From: Clostridia bacterium
Lineage (GTDB): Bacteria > Bacillota > Clostridia > TANB77 > CAG-508
Length of the DNA: 64,000 nucleotides
Reading direction: 5' to 3'
NCBI GenBank assembly: GCA_045643465.1
Contig: JAZUKV010000010.1
Span: 70,412-134,411 of the forward strand
Notes under the pieces: model-generated
Told to the model about the DNA's origin: nothing
Database searches by the model: none
What the model saw: the letters and a program-made list of their open reading frames with translations, nothing else
In this document: positions 26,083 through 34,942 of the stretch, piece by piece
How the letters are laid out: every line of letters begins with the position of its first letter
How positions within the stretch are numbered: position 1 is the stretch's first letter
Program-made: the position numbers and the translations under genes

Positions 26083-27903
26083 ATGAATAATCAAAATATT
26101 AGAAACATAGCTATTATAGCTCACGTTGATCATGGAAAAACAACATTAGTAGATGCTTTATTAAGACAAAGTCATATATTCAGAGAAAATGAGCAAGTTG
26201 CTGAAAGAGTAATGGATTCAAACGATATAGAAAAAGAAAGAGGTATAACAATATTATCAAAAAATACATCTGTTATGTATAATGATGTAAAAATTAATAT
26301 TGTTGATACTCCAGGACATGCTGATTTTGGTGGAGAAGTTGAACGTGTTTTAAAAACAGTTGATGGTGTTTTACTTTTAGTAGATGCTTTTGAAGGACCA
26401 ATGCCTCAAACAAGAGAAGTTCTAAAGAAAGCTTTAGGATTGAATTTAAAACCAATAGTTGTAATAAACAAAATAGATAGACCAGGAGCAAATCCATTAA
26501 AAGTTGTTGATCAAGTTATTGAATTATTTATTGAATTAAATGCATCTGATGAACAATTAGATTTCCCAGTAATATATGCTTCTGCTAAAAATGGAATTGC
26601 TAAAATGAATTTAGAAGATGAAACTGATAATGTTCATTGTATTTTTGATACTATAATAGATACTATCAAAGCACCAAATTGTGATATGGATGGAACTGTT
26701 CAAATGTTAGTTTCTAATATTGACTATGATGATTATTTAGGAAGGATTGCAGTTGGAAGACTTGAGAGAGGTATTATCAAAAATGGTATGCCAATATCAA
26801 TTTGCAAAGCTGATGATAAAATTACTCAAGGAAAGATTGCCAAATTATTCACATATATTGGATTAAAGAAAGTTGAAGTTGAGGAAGTTAAAGCTGGTGA
26901 TATGGTAGCTTTATCAGGAATAGCAGATATTAATATAGGAGATACAATATGTGATTTAAATAATCCTGAAAAAATTCCATTTGTTGATATTGATGAACCA
27001 ACAGTTTCAATGACATTTAGTGTTAATAATGGACCATTAGCAGGAAAAGAAGGACAATTTATTACATCAAGACATATAAGAGATAGATTATTTAAAGAGC
27101 TTGAAAGAAATGTAAGTTTAAGAGTTAAAGAAACAGATTCTGCAGATAGTTTTGAAGTTTGTGGCCGTGGAGAATTACATTTATCTATATTAATTGAAAA
27201 TATGAGAAGAGAAGGATTTGAGTTATTAGTTTCTCGTCCAAAAGTTATTTACAAAGAAATAGATGGTGTTAGATGTGAACCAATCGAAAGATTAGTTGCT
27301 AATGTGCCAGATGATGCTATAGGAACTGTTATTGAGAAATTAGGAAGACGTAAAGGTGAAATGGTTAATATGGAGCCTGCCGAATTAGGTCATACAAAAA
27401 TAGAATTTGATATTCCAGCAAGAGGAATTATAGGATACAGAACAGAGTTCTTAACTGATACAAAGGGTGTAGGAACAATGAGCAGCGTATTTGATAGATA
27501 TGAACCATATAAAGGTGAAATATCTTCAAGAACAAGAGGTGTTTTAGTAGCATTTGAAGCAGGAACATCAATTACTTATGGTTTATATAATGCTCAAGAA
27601 AGAGGAGAGCTATTAATTGGTGCTGGTGTTGAAGTTTATGAAGGTATGATAGTTGGTATAAATTCAAGAAATGAAGATATAGCAATAAATGTATGTAAAG
27701 AAAAACATTTAACAAACACTAGAGCTTCAGGATCTGATGATGCACTTCGTTTAGTTCCACCACTTCAAATGTCTTTAGAAAAAGCTATTGAATTTATCGA
27801 AGAAGACGAATTAGTAGAAGTTACACCATTAAACATAAGATTAAGAAAGAAAATATTAGATAGCAAAATGCGTGAAAGAGAAGCAAGAAGAGCTATCAAA
27901 TAA
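26083..27903 (+). CDS. typA: translational GTPase TypA/BipA
   Basis: SD aaaggag lies before the ATG at 26083 ([24 protein letters not shown]). [12 protein letters not shown] and NKIDR are present. Confidence 0.95.
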   Translation: MNNQNIRNIAIIAHVDHGKTTLVDALLRQSHIFRENEQVAERVMDSNDIEKERGITILSKNTSVMYNDVKINIVDTPGHADFGGEVERVLKTVDGVLLLVDAFEGPMPQTREVLKKALGLNLKPIVVINKIDRPGANPLKVVDQVIELFIELNASDEQLDFPVIYASAKNGIAKMNLEDETDNVHCIFDTIIDTIKAPNCDMDGTVQMLVSNIDYDDYLGRIAVGRLERGIIKNGMPISICKADDKITQGKIAKLFTYIGLKKVEVEEVKAGDMVALSGIADINIGDTICDLNNPEKIPFVDIDEPTVSMTFSVNNGPLAGKEGQFITSRHIRDRLFKELERNVSLRVKETDSADSFEVCGRGELHLSILIENMRREGFELLVSRPKVIYKEIDGVRCEPIERLVANVPDDAIGTVIEKLGRRKGEMVNMEPAELGHTKIEFDIPARGIIGYRTEFLTDTKGVGTMSSVFDRYEPYKGEISSRTRGVLVAFEAGTSITYGLYNAQERGELLIGAGVEVYEGMIVGINSRNEDIAINVCKEKHLTNTRASGSDDALRLVPPLQMSLEKAIEFIEEDELVEVTPLNIRLRKKILDSKMREREARRAIK

Positions 27904-27933
27904 GAAGAAATATAAAAAAATAAGGATGTTAGT

Positions 27934-28284
27934 ATGGGAAAATATTCTAAGTTAGATAATAAACGTAAAAAGCAAAGAAGTTATATGATAAAAGAAGGTT
28001 CAATCAGTGAAGTAAATAGAGCTATTAAAGCAGAAGAAGAGTATAAATATTATTCTACAAATAATGAATTCAAGAATATGGTTAAGGAATATTATGAAAA
28101 AGGTTTGTCTGCCGCTAGGATATATATCACTTTACATGATAAAGTAAAATATAATCCAAAAAATTTAATAGAGAAAATTACTGGTGAGAAGATTGAAATT
28201 AATGATAATAGAATAGAGTATACTAAAAAGAAAAACGATAATATGTCTAAAAAGTCCTTTGAAGAACAAAATGAAGATAGGTAA
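27934..28284 (+). CDS. hypothetical protein (116 aa)
   Basis: ORF with SD aaggatg, followed by a strong terminator. No motif recognised. Confidence 0.6.
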   Translation: MGKYSKLDNKRKKQRSYMIKEGSISEVNRAIKAEEEYKYYSTNNEFKNMVKEYYEKGLSAARIYITLHDKVKYNPKNLIEKITGEKIEINDNRIEYTKKKNDNMSKKSFEEQNEDR

Positions 28285-28291
28285 AATAAAA

Positions 28292-28321
28292 AAGGAAAAG
28301 AGCATGCTCTTTTCCTTTTTT
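28292..28321 (+). terminator. intrinsic terminator
   Basis: aaggaaaagag-catg-ctcttttcctt plus a T-run. Confidence 0.85.
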
Positions 28322-28361
28322 GTAAAATATTTCATGATATAAAGAAAGGAATATAAGCAGT

Positions 28362-28958
28362 ATGAATAAAAATGAACTAGAGAGAATAAAAGAAAAAGCA
28401 TTAGAGGATCATGTTCCAATCATAATGGATGATACGTTGGAAGTAATTTCTAAAATATTAATCAAAAATAAACCAAAAAGAATATTAGAAATAGGTGCAG
28501 CTGTTGGATATTCTGCAATTTGTTTTTCAGAATATTTATCAGATGGAGGTATGATTGATACTATAGAGCGTGATGAATTGCGTATTGAAGAAGCAAAAGA
28601 AAATTTTAAAAAAGCTGAAGTTGAGAATAAGATAAATCTTTATGAAGGTGATGCTGTTGAAATATTACCAACATTAAATGAAAAATATGATATGGTATTT
28701 ATAGATGCTGCAAAAGGGAAATATCCATTCTTTTTAAAGGAAGCATTACGAATGTTAAATAACAATGGAGTTATTTTTGCAGATAATATTTTATATAAAG
28801 GGTATGTTATGAGCGATTATAACAAACATAAGCAACGTACAGCTGTTAGAAATTTAAGAGAATATATAAAAGAAACTACAGAAAATCCAAAATTGGAAAC
28901 AGAGATATTAGAAGTTGGAGATGGACTTGCAATAACTTATTTAAATATGGATGAGTAG
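28362..28958 (+). CDS. SAM-dependent O-methyltransferase, class I family 3 (YrrM/TrmR-like)
   Basis: ILEIGAAVGYSA SAM-binding motif, FIDAAKGKY and ADNILYKG. Confidence 0.8.
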   Translation: MNKNELERIKEKALEDHVPIIMDDTLEVISKILIKNKPKRILEIGAAVGYSAICFSEYLSDGGMIDTIERDELRIEEAKENFKKAEVENKINLYEGDAVEILPTLNEKYDMVFIDAAKGKYPFFLKEALRMLNNNGVIFADNILYKGYVMSDYNKHKQRTAVRNLREYIKETTENPKLETEILEVGDGLAITYLNMDE

Positions 28959-28970
28959 AGGAGGATTTTT

Positions 28971-29906
28971 ATGAACAAAATTCAAGAATCTGTTCACTAT
29001 GATTTTGAAAAACTTAAAGAAAATAAGCAATTTTTTGATGAATTTTATGAAAATAATTATAAACTAGTATATAGAATTTGTTTATCAATACTAAAGAATG
29101 AAGATAATAGTGAAGATGTAGCACAAAATGTTTTTGAAAAAATATATAAGTTGGATAATGAAAAATTACCAAAAGAATTTGAAGCATCATGGTTATATAA
29201 AGTAGTAAAGAATGAAGCTCTTCAATTTATAAGAAAAACTAGATACAGTCTTCCAATTGATGAAAATATAGAAGAAATATCAAATGATAATGAAATTAAT
29301 AATATTGAAGATAGACAAAGTTATGATAAAATGGTAAAAAAATTGAATAAGAAACAAGAGCAAGTAATTAATTTAAAAGTACTAGCAGATTTTACTTTTA
29401 GAGAAATAGGAGAAATTTTAGCAATGCCAACTGCTACAGTTCAATGGTATTATTATAGATCAATTACTTCATTAAAAGTCGCAGTTTCAAATTTTGCAAT
29501 GTTTATTATTGCATTTGTAATAGGACTTAAAGTGAAATTTAATGTTGATGACAATAATAAAGAAACAGAAAATTATCAATCTAATTGTGAACAGGCTACA
29601 ACAGATAAAGAGCTAGAAAGTAAAACAGAAAATCCTACATATATTGAAAATGTTGAAAATATTGAAAAAAATAAAAAATTGGAAGAAAATGATATAACAA
29701 ACATTATATCTGGAGAAGTAAGCTCTTGTGAGGATACTCAGTATTCAGAAATTTCTGAAACAAGTTTTGTTAAATCAATAACTTCATATAAAGGAATTAT
29801 AGGAATTTCATTCATATTTTTAACAATTTCAATAATTTTTATAATTTTTTTCAAAAAAAACCAACAAAAATTAAAATTAAAACATCTAAAAAGTGAAAGT
29901 AAATAA
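28971..29906 (+). CDS. ECF-type sigma-70 family factor fused to a C-terminal two-TM membrane extension
   Basis: Region 2 (YRICLSILKNEDNSEDVAQNVFEKIY) and region 4 (LADFTFREIGEILAMPTATVQWYYYRSITSLK) are immediately followed by a TM helix (FAMFIIAFVIGL), an acidic ~80-aa linker and a second TM helix (IIGISFIFLTISIIFIIFF). Confidence 0.8.
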   Translation: MNKIQESVHYDFEKLKENKQFFDEFYENNYKLVYRICLSILKNEDNSEDVAQNVFEKIYKLDNEKLPKEFEASWLYKVVKNEALQFIRKTRYSLPIDENIEEISNDNEINNIEDRQSYDKMVKKLNKKQEQVINLKVLADFTFREIGEILAMPTATVQWYYYRSITSLKVAVSNFAMFIIAFVIGLKVKFNVDDNNKETENYQSNCEQATTDKELESKTENPTYIENVENIEKNKKLEENDITNIISGEVSSCEDTQYSEISETSFVKSITSYKGIIGISFIFLTISIIFIIFFKKNQQKLKLKHLKSESK

Positions 29907-29966
29907 TTTACTTTCACTTTTTTTATATTTATAATAAGACAAAAGGAGAAGAAAGGAAGAGATATT

Positions 29967-31721
29967 ATGAAAAACACAAAAAAAATAATATTGATTATAG
30001 TTATAAGTATTATAATTATAGGTATTTTATTAGGAAGTTGTTACTTTTTTATATTTAAAGGAAGAAATGCATTAGCAAAAGTGGATGATTGGGAATATGG
30101 CAGTAATAAAAGAAGTAAATTAAGTAGTATGTTTGATGCAAGCAGTATAAGTAGTGGTGGAACTACTGTTTATGAATCAGCAAGTTCAAAATCATCAGAA
30201 GATTCATATTTAGGATATACTGTTGGTGGAGCTAGTAATATAGAGAATTTTAGAAAAAATATTAAAAATAATTATTTACCATTAACAACAGATATTACGT
30301 ATAATGGATTATATTCTGAATATTATTTTGATACAGCAAGATCAAATGGAAAATCTGATGAGATGTTTTATCCAACATATTCAACAGCAGTTTCAACAGA
30401 TCCATTTTCAGGAAAAAGAGAAGAATATATTTCAGTTGGATTAAATTCAAATATTAAAGAAAGTGATTTTAAAAGAAAGAAGATTAATTTAGTTTTTGTA
30501 ATAGATATTTCAGGCTCAATGCAATCTGCTTTTAATTCATATTATTATGACAAAAAATTAACAGATAAATCTAGTAATGATAATAAAAGTAAAATGAAAA
30601 TAGCAGAAGAATGTGTAAATAATTTAATAGATAAGTTAAATCCAGACGACAGATTTGGAATTGTTTTATTTGATGATTCTGCATATCTAGGAAAAAAGAT
30701 ATCAACAGTATCAGATACAGATTTAGGTGCAATCAAAAATCATTTATTAGAAGTAGAGCCACAGGGTGGAACAAATTTTTCATCAGGATATAAACAAGGA
30801 ACAGAGCTATTTAATGAATATTTAAATGATGATTCATACCAAAATAGAATAATTGTTATAACTGATGCAATGCCTAATGCTGGAGATACGTCATCAACAG
30901 GTTTGATAGGAATGATGAAAGAAAATGCTAAAAAGAAAATTTATACAACATTATTAGGTGTTGGAGTTGATTTTAATACAAAATTAATAGAAGAAATTTC
31001 AGATGTAGAAGGAACAAATTATTATTCAGTGCATAATTCAGAAGAATTTAATAAAGTACTAGTAAATGAATTTGATTATATGATAACACCATTAATATTT
31101 AATTTAAATTTTAATTTTATATCAGAAGGATACGAAATTGTAAATATATATGGCTCAGATTCTGCAAATAAAGAAACAGGAAATATAATGCATATAAATA
31201 CATTATTCCCATCAGCAAGTAATTCAAATGGAGAAGTTAAAGGTGGAATAGTAGTCTTGAAAGTAAGACATAAAGAAAATTGCAAAAATGATGATATGGC
31301 TCTTACTGTAGAATATGAGGATGCAAATGGAAAAAAGCATTCAATAAAACAAGAAGTAAGTTTTTTTCAAATGCTTGAGGATTACTATGACAATACAGGA
31401 ATTAGAAAAGCTATAGCTTTGGCTAGATATGTAAATGTAATGAAAAATTGGATATTATCAGAAAATGATACTGAGAAAAAATTGATTAATTATAGCTTGG
31501 AAGATGGTATTCCAGAGATGAATTATAGTGAAGATTATATTACAAATATTTTAGGTATTCATGAGAGAAAATCTACAAAATTAAAAGTTAGTGATGAATA
31601 TGCTCAAAATAAATTTAAAGCAATGAAAAATTATATGCAAAAGGAATATGATGAATTAAAAGATGAAACTTTGAAGCAAGAATTAGAAATACTAGATTAT
31701 TTGATAAATTATAATAAATAA
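29967..31721 (+). CDS. membrane-anchored von Willebrand factor A (VWA) domain protein, YfbK-like N-terminal region
   Basis: N-terminal TM helix. The YLGYTVGGASNIENFRKNIKNNYLPLTTDITYNGLYSEYYF module is followed by a VWA MIDAS motif (VFVIDISGSM...GGTN...ITDAMPN). Confidence 0.8.
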   Translation: MKNTKKIILIIVISIIIIGILLGSCYFFIFKGRNALAKVDDWEYGSNKRSKLSSMFDASSISSGGTTVYESASSKSSEDSYLGYTVGGASNIENFRKNIKNNYLPLTTDITYNGLYSEYYFDTARSNGKSDEMFYPTYSTAVSTDPFSGKREEYISVGLNSNIKESDFKRKKINLVFVIDISGSMQSAFNSYYYDKKLTDKSSNDNKSKMKIAEECVNNLIDKLNPDDRFGIVLFDDSAYLGKKISTVSDTDLGAIKNHLLEVEPQGGTNFSSGYKQGTELFNEYLNDDSYQNRIIVITDAMPNAGDTSSTGLIGMMKENAKKKIYTTLLGVGVDFNTKLIEEISDVEGTNYYSVHNSEEFNKVLVNEFDYMITPLIFNLNFNFISEGYEIVNIYGSDSANKETGNIMHINTLFPSASNSNGEVKGGIVVLKVRHKENCKNDDMALTVEYEDANGKKHSIKQEVSFFQMLEDYYDNTGIRKAIALARYVNVMKNWILSENDTEKKLINYSLEDGIPEMNYSEDYITNILGIHERKSTKLKVSDEYAQNKFKAMKNYMQKEYDELKDETLKQELEILDYLINYNK

Positions 31722-31841
31722 GATTGTGAAAAAAAGGTACATTATTTTCTAATATAATGTATCTTTTTTTGATATAAATTAAAAGTAACAAAAAATATAT
31801 GAATTCATAAAATATACAAATAGTATGAAAGGAATTTTTTT

Positions 31842-32225
31842 ATGAATGATTTATTGATTTTTTTTGCTTTACCAATAGCTACTATAATATTTTCGATTGT
31901 TTTACAAAGATTAATTGGAAGTTCGATATTAACAGCATTAACTATATTTGCAAGTTTTTTAATAGTAGCATTTTTGCCTGGAAATGAAATATTTTTAGTT
32001 TTAGCTATTGTCTATGGAATATTAGCATATGTTACTGCAATAATCTCGAGATTTATACGAAATTATATTGTAAATAATTCAAACGATTCTAGTGATAACA
32101 GTTGTGGTTGCAACAACAATGGAAATAATTCAAATATTAATGATGATTCTGGTCAAGATTGCGGTTGTAATAATAGAAATTATATTAATTACAGACCTTT
32201 TTTAGGTAGAAGAAATTTTAGATAA
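31842..32225 (+). CDS. small membrane protein with a Cys/Asn-rich C-terminal tail
   Basis: Three predicted TM helices, then NSCGCNNNGNNSNINDDSGQDCGCNNRNY. Confidence 0.6.
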   Translation: MNDLLIFFALPIATIIFSIVLQRLIGSSILTALTIFASFLIVAFLPGNEIFLVLAIVYGILAYVTAIISRFIRNYIVNNSNDSSDNSCGCNNNGNNSNINDDSGQDCGCNNRNYINYRPFLGRRNFR

Positions 32226-32343
32226 TTGAATATATTTTAATATGAAATAAGTAGTATGATTACAAAATAACAGTTAAGTTGACAAATTATGTAAAATAAT
32301 ATACAATTAAGTATAGGAGATTTTTATATAGGAGATGATGTAT

Positions 32344-33399
32344 ATGAAAAATAAAAAAATATACATTGGTATTATAGCTGGCTTAACTGTAGTAGGAATA
32401 ATAATTGCTAGTATTTTCTATATTAAAAACAATAAGGACGCAGAAATATCAAAATTTATAAAGAATATTACAAATTCAACTACTAAAGAAGCAATGAATG
32501 AAACTGAAAAAATTTTAGAAGAGAATACCAATGAAAATAATATTGAAAAAGAGCCGGAAAAAAATCAGCAAGAAGAGCAGCAGCAAGTGCAACAGGAAGG
32601 AATGAAAGAGGAAAATAAAAATGAAGAAGTTTTAGCAAAAACTGAATCTGCTGTTGTATCTAATGTAAAAAATACTGAAGAAACAGTAAAAAAAGAAATT
32701 GAAGTAACACCATTACAAAAAAATATGTATGTAAATTGTAATAGTTTAAATATTAGAAGTGGTCCTGATACTGGATATTCTACAATTGGAGCGGTTACTA
32801 AAGCTACAGAGCTTAAGATTACAGGTCAAGCAGGATCATGGTATAGGATAAACCATAACGGAAAAGTTGGTTATGTATTAGGTTCATATCTTTCTAGTAC
32901 GAAACCAAAAGTTGAAGAAAAAGTAGAAACATCTTCAGTAACTGTAACAAATGTAACAAGAGAATCAGGAACAGTTGTAAGCAATTTAATAATTATTAAT
33001 ACTAGAAAAAATACATTGCGTTATTATACTAATGGTTCATTGTGTAGATCTTATTCATGTGCTACAGGTGCTAGTGGAACAAGTACTCCACAAGGAAAAT
33101 TCCAAATATTCGAAAAATTAAAAAATAGACCTTATTATAAATTAAATATACCAGGTGGAGCTCCGAATAATCCATTAGGTCCAAGATGGATGCAATTTAA
33201 ATCTGGTGGTTATGCAATTCATGGTACTAATACAGAATCAAGTATAGGAAATAATGTTTCTCATGGATGTGTAAGAATGCATAATGCAGATGTACTTGAA
33301 TTATATGATTTAGTGCCAATCGGAACAACCGTAATAGTAAAAAGTACAAGCCAATCAGATAAAGATATAGCAGGTGGATATGGAATATTTATAGAATAA
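32344..33399 (+). CDS. L,D-transpeptidase (YkuD domain) with an SH3b domain and N-terminal anchor
   Basis: SH3-like NIRSGPDTGYSTIGAV...GSWYRINHNGKVGYV. The YkuD catalytic motif is AIHGTN...SHGCVRM. The ATG at 32344 has the best spacing after GGAG. Confidence 0.85.
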   Translation: MKNKKIYIGIIAGLTVVGIIIASIFYIKNNKDAEISKFIKNITNSTTKEAMNETEKILEENTNENNIEKEPEKNQQEEQQQVQQEGMKEENKNEEVLAKTESAVVSNVKNTEETVKKEIEVTPLQKNMYVNCNSLNIRSGPDTGYSTIGAVTKATELKITGQAGSWYRINHNGKVGYVLGSYLSSTKPKVEEKVETSSVTVTNVTRESGTVVSNLIIINTRKNTLRYYTNGSLCRSYSCATGASGTSTPQGKFQIFEKLKNRPYYKLNIPGGAPNNPLGPRWMQFKSGGYAIHGTNTESSIGNNVSHGCVRMHNADVLELYDLVPIGTTVIVKSTSQSDKDIAGGYGIFIE

Positions 33400-33483
33400 A
33401 AAATAATAAACTTTTGCAAGTAAAAAGCATAAATTCTAAGGATTTATGCTTTTTATTTTTTGATTTTAAATTTGTATAATATG

Positions 33484-33512
33484 TTGACAAGTTATAAACT
33501 GAGTAATATAAT
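33484..33512 (+). promoter_or_regulatory. consensus promoter TTGACA-17-TATAAT
   Basis: ttgacaagttataaactgagtaatataat, followed by leader hairpin gtaagcat-aaaat-atgcttac. Confidence 0.6.
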
Positions 33513-33571
33513 GCCACGTAAGCATAAAATATGCTTACGCAGAAACGACGATTATAGAATAGGAGGTTATC

Positions 33572-34111
33572 ATGAGCTATAACTACGAAGTGCAACGCAA
33601 TGAAAATATCCAACGGTTTAGCAGTGAAGAGCTAGCCGAGAAAAAGGCATTTTTATTGAAGATTGCCAAAAGATTTAACGAAGCGGGTATCAAGTGGTGT
33701 CTGACATGTTCTTCAACTTTGTTTTTCAGAGGAATAGTAAAAGAATTTGACGATTTTGATTTTTTGATAGACTGGCAATATATTTCAAAAGCAATTGAAA
33801 TTGTCAAAGAATTCGACTGCCAAAATCTACCAAAAGGAGATCAATCAATTTTTTCATCTACGCTTTTTAATAAGTATAGATGCGGAAAAGTCAAATTTGA
33901 TTTATTTTCAGAGTGGAGAATTTCAAATTTTTTCAACTTTGAATATTGCTACAATCCAGATGATGTTGAAGATTTCTTGATTGAAGACACAAAGATAAAT
34001 ATGATATCAGCTAAAATACAATATCTTTTGTATTCTGCGATGAGTCCTTGGTGGCCTCGAAGAAGAATGCAGGCAGGTCTTGTATCATGTTATCTTGAAG
34101 ATAAGAACTAA
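33572..34111 (+). CDS. putative pol-beta-fold nucleotidyltransferase (Lnu(A)/ANT(2'')-like N-terminal motif), with locally elevated GC
   Basis: SD aggagg. IKWCLTCSSTLFFRGIVKEFDDFDFLI aligns by eye with the W-x-GGG-x12-DDIDL motif of small antibiotic nucleotidyltransferases. The rest is unassigned. Confidence 0.45.
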   Translation: MSYNYEVQRNENIQRFSSEELAEKKAFLLKIAKRFNEAGIKWCLTCSSTLFFRGIVKEFDDFDFLIDWQYISKAIEIVKEFDCQNLPKGDQSIFSSTLFNKYRCGKVKFDLFSEWRISNFFNFEYCYNPDDVEDFLIEDTKINMISAKIQYLLYSAMSPWWPRRRMQAGLVSCYLEDKN

Positions 34112-34128
34112 AACTATAATTGACAACT

Positions 34129-34159
34129 AGGTGCGGAGGCTTTTTTTGCTTCCGCACTT
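34129..34159. other. hairpin (possible terminator lacking a trailing T-run)
   Basis: aggtgcggaggc-ttttttt-gcttccgcactt, a 12-bp stem with two G-U pairs. Confidence 0.4.
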
Positions 34160-34221
34160 AGTGACTACAAATAAATGATTATAAAAGTTAGGATATATAT
34201 TATTGAAAGGAATATTGCAAT

Positions 34222-34875
34222 ATGGATAATGGAATTTTAAAATTTTTAGGAAGTGATAGTGGTTTTGGAGATTGTAATAATTCTGCGTATATAGAAGATA
34301 ATACAAAGTTTATATTGATAGATTGCGGATATACAGTATTTAATATTGTAAAAAGTAAGTTTGATTTAAAAAAATATGCAGAAATTGATGTAATAATAAC
34401 ACATCTACATAACGACCATGCAGGATCTTTAAGCCAATTTATAATGTATTTGTGGTTTGGATATGGTAAAAAAGTAAATGTATATAGCAAATGTTCTAGG
34501 ATTAAAGATTATTTAGAAATTACAGGAACTCCGGAAGAAGCGTATAATTTAACAAATGGAAATAATAATTTAAAATTTATTAAAACAAATCATGCAAAAG
34601 AGCTAGATGCGTATGGTTTTGAAATGAAATATAAAGATAAAAAATTTGTATACACAGGAGATACTTGTATATTAGAGCCATATTGTGAATATTTAGAAGA
34701 TGCTGATGAATTTTATGTAGATATTTCTGTTGGAAGTGATGTTCATTTAAAGATTAAGGATGTATTAGAAAAGCTTAAAGATATTAAGAATAATGGAACA
34801 GAAATATATATTATGCATACAGATGACAAAATGTACATAAAACAAATCATAGGAAACGAATTTATTATTGTTTAA
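34222..34875 (+). CDS. MBL-fold metallo-hydrolase
   Basis: HLHNDHAGS (HxHxDH) motif, with later TNHAKE and HTDD. Confidence 0.8.
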   Translation: MDNGILKFLGSDSGFGDCNNSAYIEDNTKFILIDCGYTVFNIVKSKFDLKKYAEIDVIITHLHNDHAGSLSQFIMYLWFGYGKKVNVYSKCSRIKDYLEITGTPEEAYNLTNGNNNLKFIKTNHAKELDAYGFEMKYKDKKFVYTGDTCILEPYCEYLEDADEFYVDISVGSDVHLKIKDVLEKLKDIKNNGTEIYIMHTDDKMYIKQIIGNEFIIV

Positions 34876-34942
34876 TAAACATATATGTGATATAATAAAA
34901 ACGATTTTTTATAAAATAGAAAATGGAGAGAGGATTGATAAA

